DNA from: Thermodesulfobacteriota bacterium
GTDB taxonomy: Bacteria; Desulfobacterota_D; UBA1144; Nemesobacterales; UBA2774
Assembly (NCBI GenBank): GCA_965216785.1
Contig: OZ244197.1
Coordinates: 2,912,001 to 2,976,000, forward strand
Direction: 5' to 3'
DNA length: 64,000 nucleotides
In this document: positions 62,471-64,000 of the stretch, in pieces
Layout of the letters: every line of letters begins with the position of its first letter
Numbering within the stretch: position 1 is the stretch's first letter
Position numbers and translations under genes: made by a program
Notes under the pieces: generated by a model
Database searches by the model: none
Told to the model about the DNA's origin: nothing
What the model saw: the letters and a program-made list of their open reading frames with translations, nothing else

Positions 62471-64000
62471 TTAAAGCTCTTGTTTAAACTCCTCGTGTAC
62501 ATAGAATTCAAAGGTATCACCTACCTTTATGTCATTAAACTTCTCAATACCAATTCCGCATTCATAACCTGCGTTAACTTCCTTCACATCATCTTTAAAT
62601 CTTCTGAGGGAATCAAGCTTTCCATCGTACACAACCACGCCGTCGCGGATCACCCGCACGCTGCTGTCCCGAACGACATTTCCGTCATTTACCATACAGC
62701 CTGCAATGGTTCCGATCCTGGATATATGAAAGGTCTCTCTTACTTCCGCGTGTCCTGTAATTTTCTCTTTGACTATTGGATCAAGCAGACCTTCCATCGC
62801 ACTTCTGACCCTATCTATCAGGTTATAGATGATAGTGTGAAGCTCAAGCGAGACTCCTTCTCTCTCTGACGCATCAAGGGCTTTTGAGTCAGGTCTGACG
62901 TTAAACCCTACGATGATGGCTTGAGAAGCGCTCGCGAGAATAACATCCGTCTCGTTCACGCCGCCAACTCCTGTGTGTACCACTTTCACCTGACATTTTT
63001 CAGTACTTAGTTTTTCTATGGATTCCCGTACAGCTTCGACAGAGCCCTGTGTGTCGGCTTTTATAATTAGAGGAAGCTCTTTTATATCGTCTTCTTCAAG
63101 CGATTCGAACAGATTCTCAAGTGAAAGCGTAGGCTTGAGCTCCTTTGCTGCCGCGGTTTCTCTGCGCTTTGTTTCCCTGTGGCCGACTACTTCTTTAGCC
63201 GCCTTCTCGTCCTTTACAACGTAAAACCGCTCACCTGCTTCAGGCACCCCGGAAAGACCCATTATTTCAGCCGGGTCCGAAGGTCCCGCTTCTTTAATCC
63301 GGTTTCCTTTATCGTCCTGCAGTGCTCTCACTTTACCGTAGGTCGTTCCCGCTACCACAAGGTCCCCGACCTTGAGAGTGCCCTCGCTCACGATTACCGT
63401 TGCAACCGGGCCCCTGCCCTTATCAAGTACCGCTTCAATCACGAATCCGTTCGCCCTCTTCTCTTTATCACTCTTGAGCTCAAGCAGATCTGCTTGAAGT
63501 AAAACGAGCTCCAGCAGCTCTTTAATTCCCTTTGATTGCTTTGCAGAAACCTCTGCAAAAAGCGTATCTCCGCCCCACTCCTCGGAGAGAAGACCTATCT
63601 CTGAGAGCTGGCGTTTTATCTTTTCTACATCCGCGTTGTCTTTATCAACTTTATTTATCGCGACAATTATCGGCACTTCCGCAGCGCGCGCATGATTAAC
63701 AGCCTCTTCGGTCTGCGGCATTACGCCATCATCAGCTGCGACTACAAGAATTACAATATCAGTTACCTTAGCGCCCCGGGCTCTCATCGCTGTAAAGGCC
63801 TCATGACCCGGCGTGTCAACGAACGCTACCTTGCGCCCGTCTAAATCAACCGAATAGGCACCAATGTGCTGCGTAATACCTCCCGCCTCTCCTTCTACTA
63901 CATTTGTTTTTCTTATCGAGTCAAGGAGCGTCGTCTTACCATGATCCACATGGCCCATAACGGTCACAACAGGTGGTCTAGGTGTTAGCTCGCCGCCGCT
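62471..64000 (-). CDS. infB: Translation initiation factor IF-2 (5' end outside the window)
   Basis: [35 protein letters not shown]; the frame stays open to position 64000. Confidence 0.99.
   Translation of the reverse strand, partial: SGGELTPRPPVVTVMGHVDHGKTTLLDSIRKTNVVEGEAGGITQHIGAYSVDLDGRKVAFVDTPGHEAFTAMRARGAKVTDIVILVVAADDGVMPQTEEAVNHARAAEVPIIVAINKVDKDNADVEKIKRQLSEIGLLSEEWGGDTLFAEVSAKQSKGIKELLELVLLQADLLELKSDKEKRANGFVIEAVLDKGRGPVATVIVSEGTLKVGDLVVAGTTYGKVRALQDDKGNRIKEAGPSDPAEIMGLSGVPEAGERFYVVKDEKAAKEVVGHRETKRRETAAAKELKPTLSLENLFESLEEDDIKELPLIIKADTQGSVEAVRESIEKLSTEKCQVKVVHTGVGGVNETDVILASASQAIIVGFNVRPDSKALDASEREGVSLELHTIIYNLIDRVRSAMEGLLDPIVKEKITGHAEVRETFHISRIGTIAGCMVNDGNVVRDSSVRVIRDGVVVYDGKLDSLRRFKDDVKEVNAGYECGIGIEKFNDIKVGDTFEFYVHEEFKQEL

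Overview
Bacterial chromosomal window of moderate GC, probably from a deltaproteobacteria-like lineage (Desulfobacterota/Dadabacteria-type gene order; this is inference, no search was run). Two blocks of core minus-strand genes flank a ~22 kb, mostly plus-strand accessory block. Left core block (1-34.4 kb): valS (partial), rpoBC, rplKAJL, nusG, secE, tRNA-Trp, rpmG, tuf, four more tRNAs, fabZ-skp-bamA-lolD-lolC/E-lysS, pyrRBC, lepB, rel/spoT, gmk, manC. Right core block (56.4-64 kb): miaA, pnp, rpsO, truB, DHH phosphoesterase, rbfA, DUF503, infB (partial). The accessory block (34.7-56.4 kb) is dominated by metal(loid) and thiol-redox genes: an ArsR-led arsM / AhpD-like / arsS radical SAM / DUF2064 transferase cluster that looks like arsenosugar biosynthesis rather than resistance, TlpA-CcdA, an Sfp-type PPTase, an FmdB zinc ribbon, malic enzyme, a CDF transporter, a secreted Gly/Tyr/His repeat protein, a cusCBA-type Cu/Ag efflux system, a cytochrome c, a GAF-GGDEF protein and CcmG/CcmH-like genes. 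The best candidates for under-described biology are: (1) a Cys/His-rich, signal-bearing upstream ORF with a C-terminal PP motif plus hairpins in front of cusCBA, a possible metal-sensing leader with no CusRS/CueR nearby; (2) the organoarsenical cluster; (3) clean absence of lpxD/lpxA/lpxB from the bamA-skp-fabZ cluster; (4) ribosomal protein L10 with a ~125-aa acidic tail and no room for an L10 leader. No CRISPR array, rRNA or mobile element was seen.
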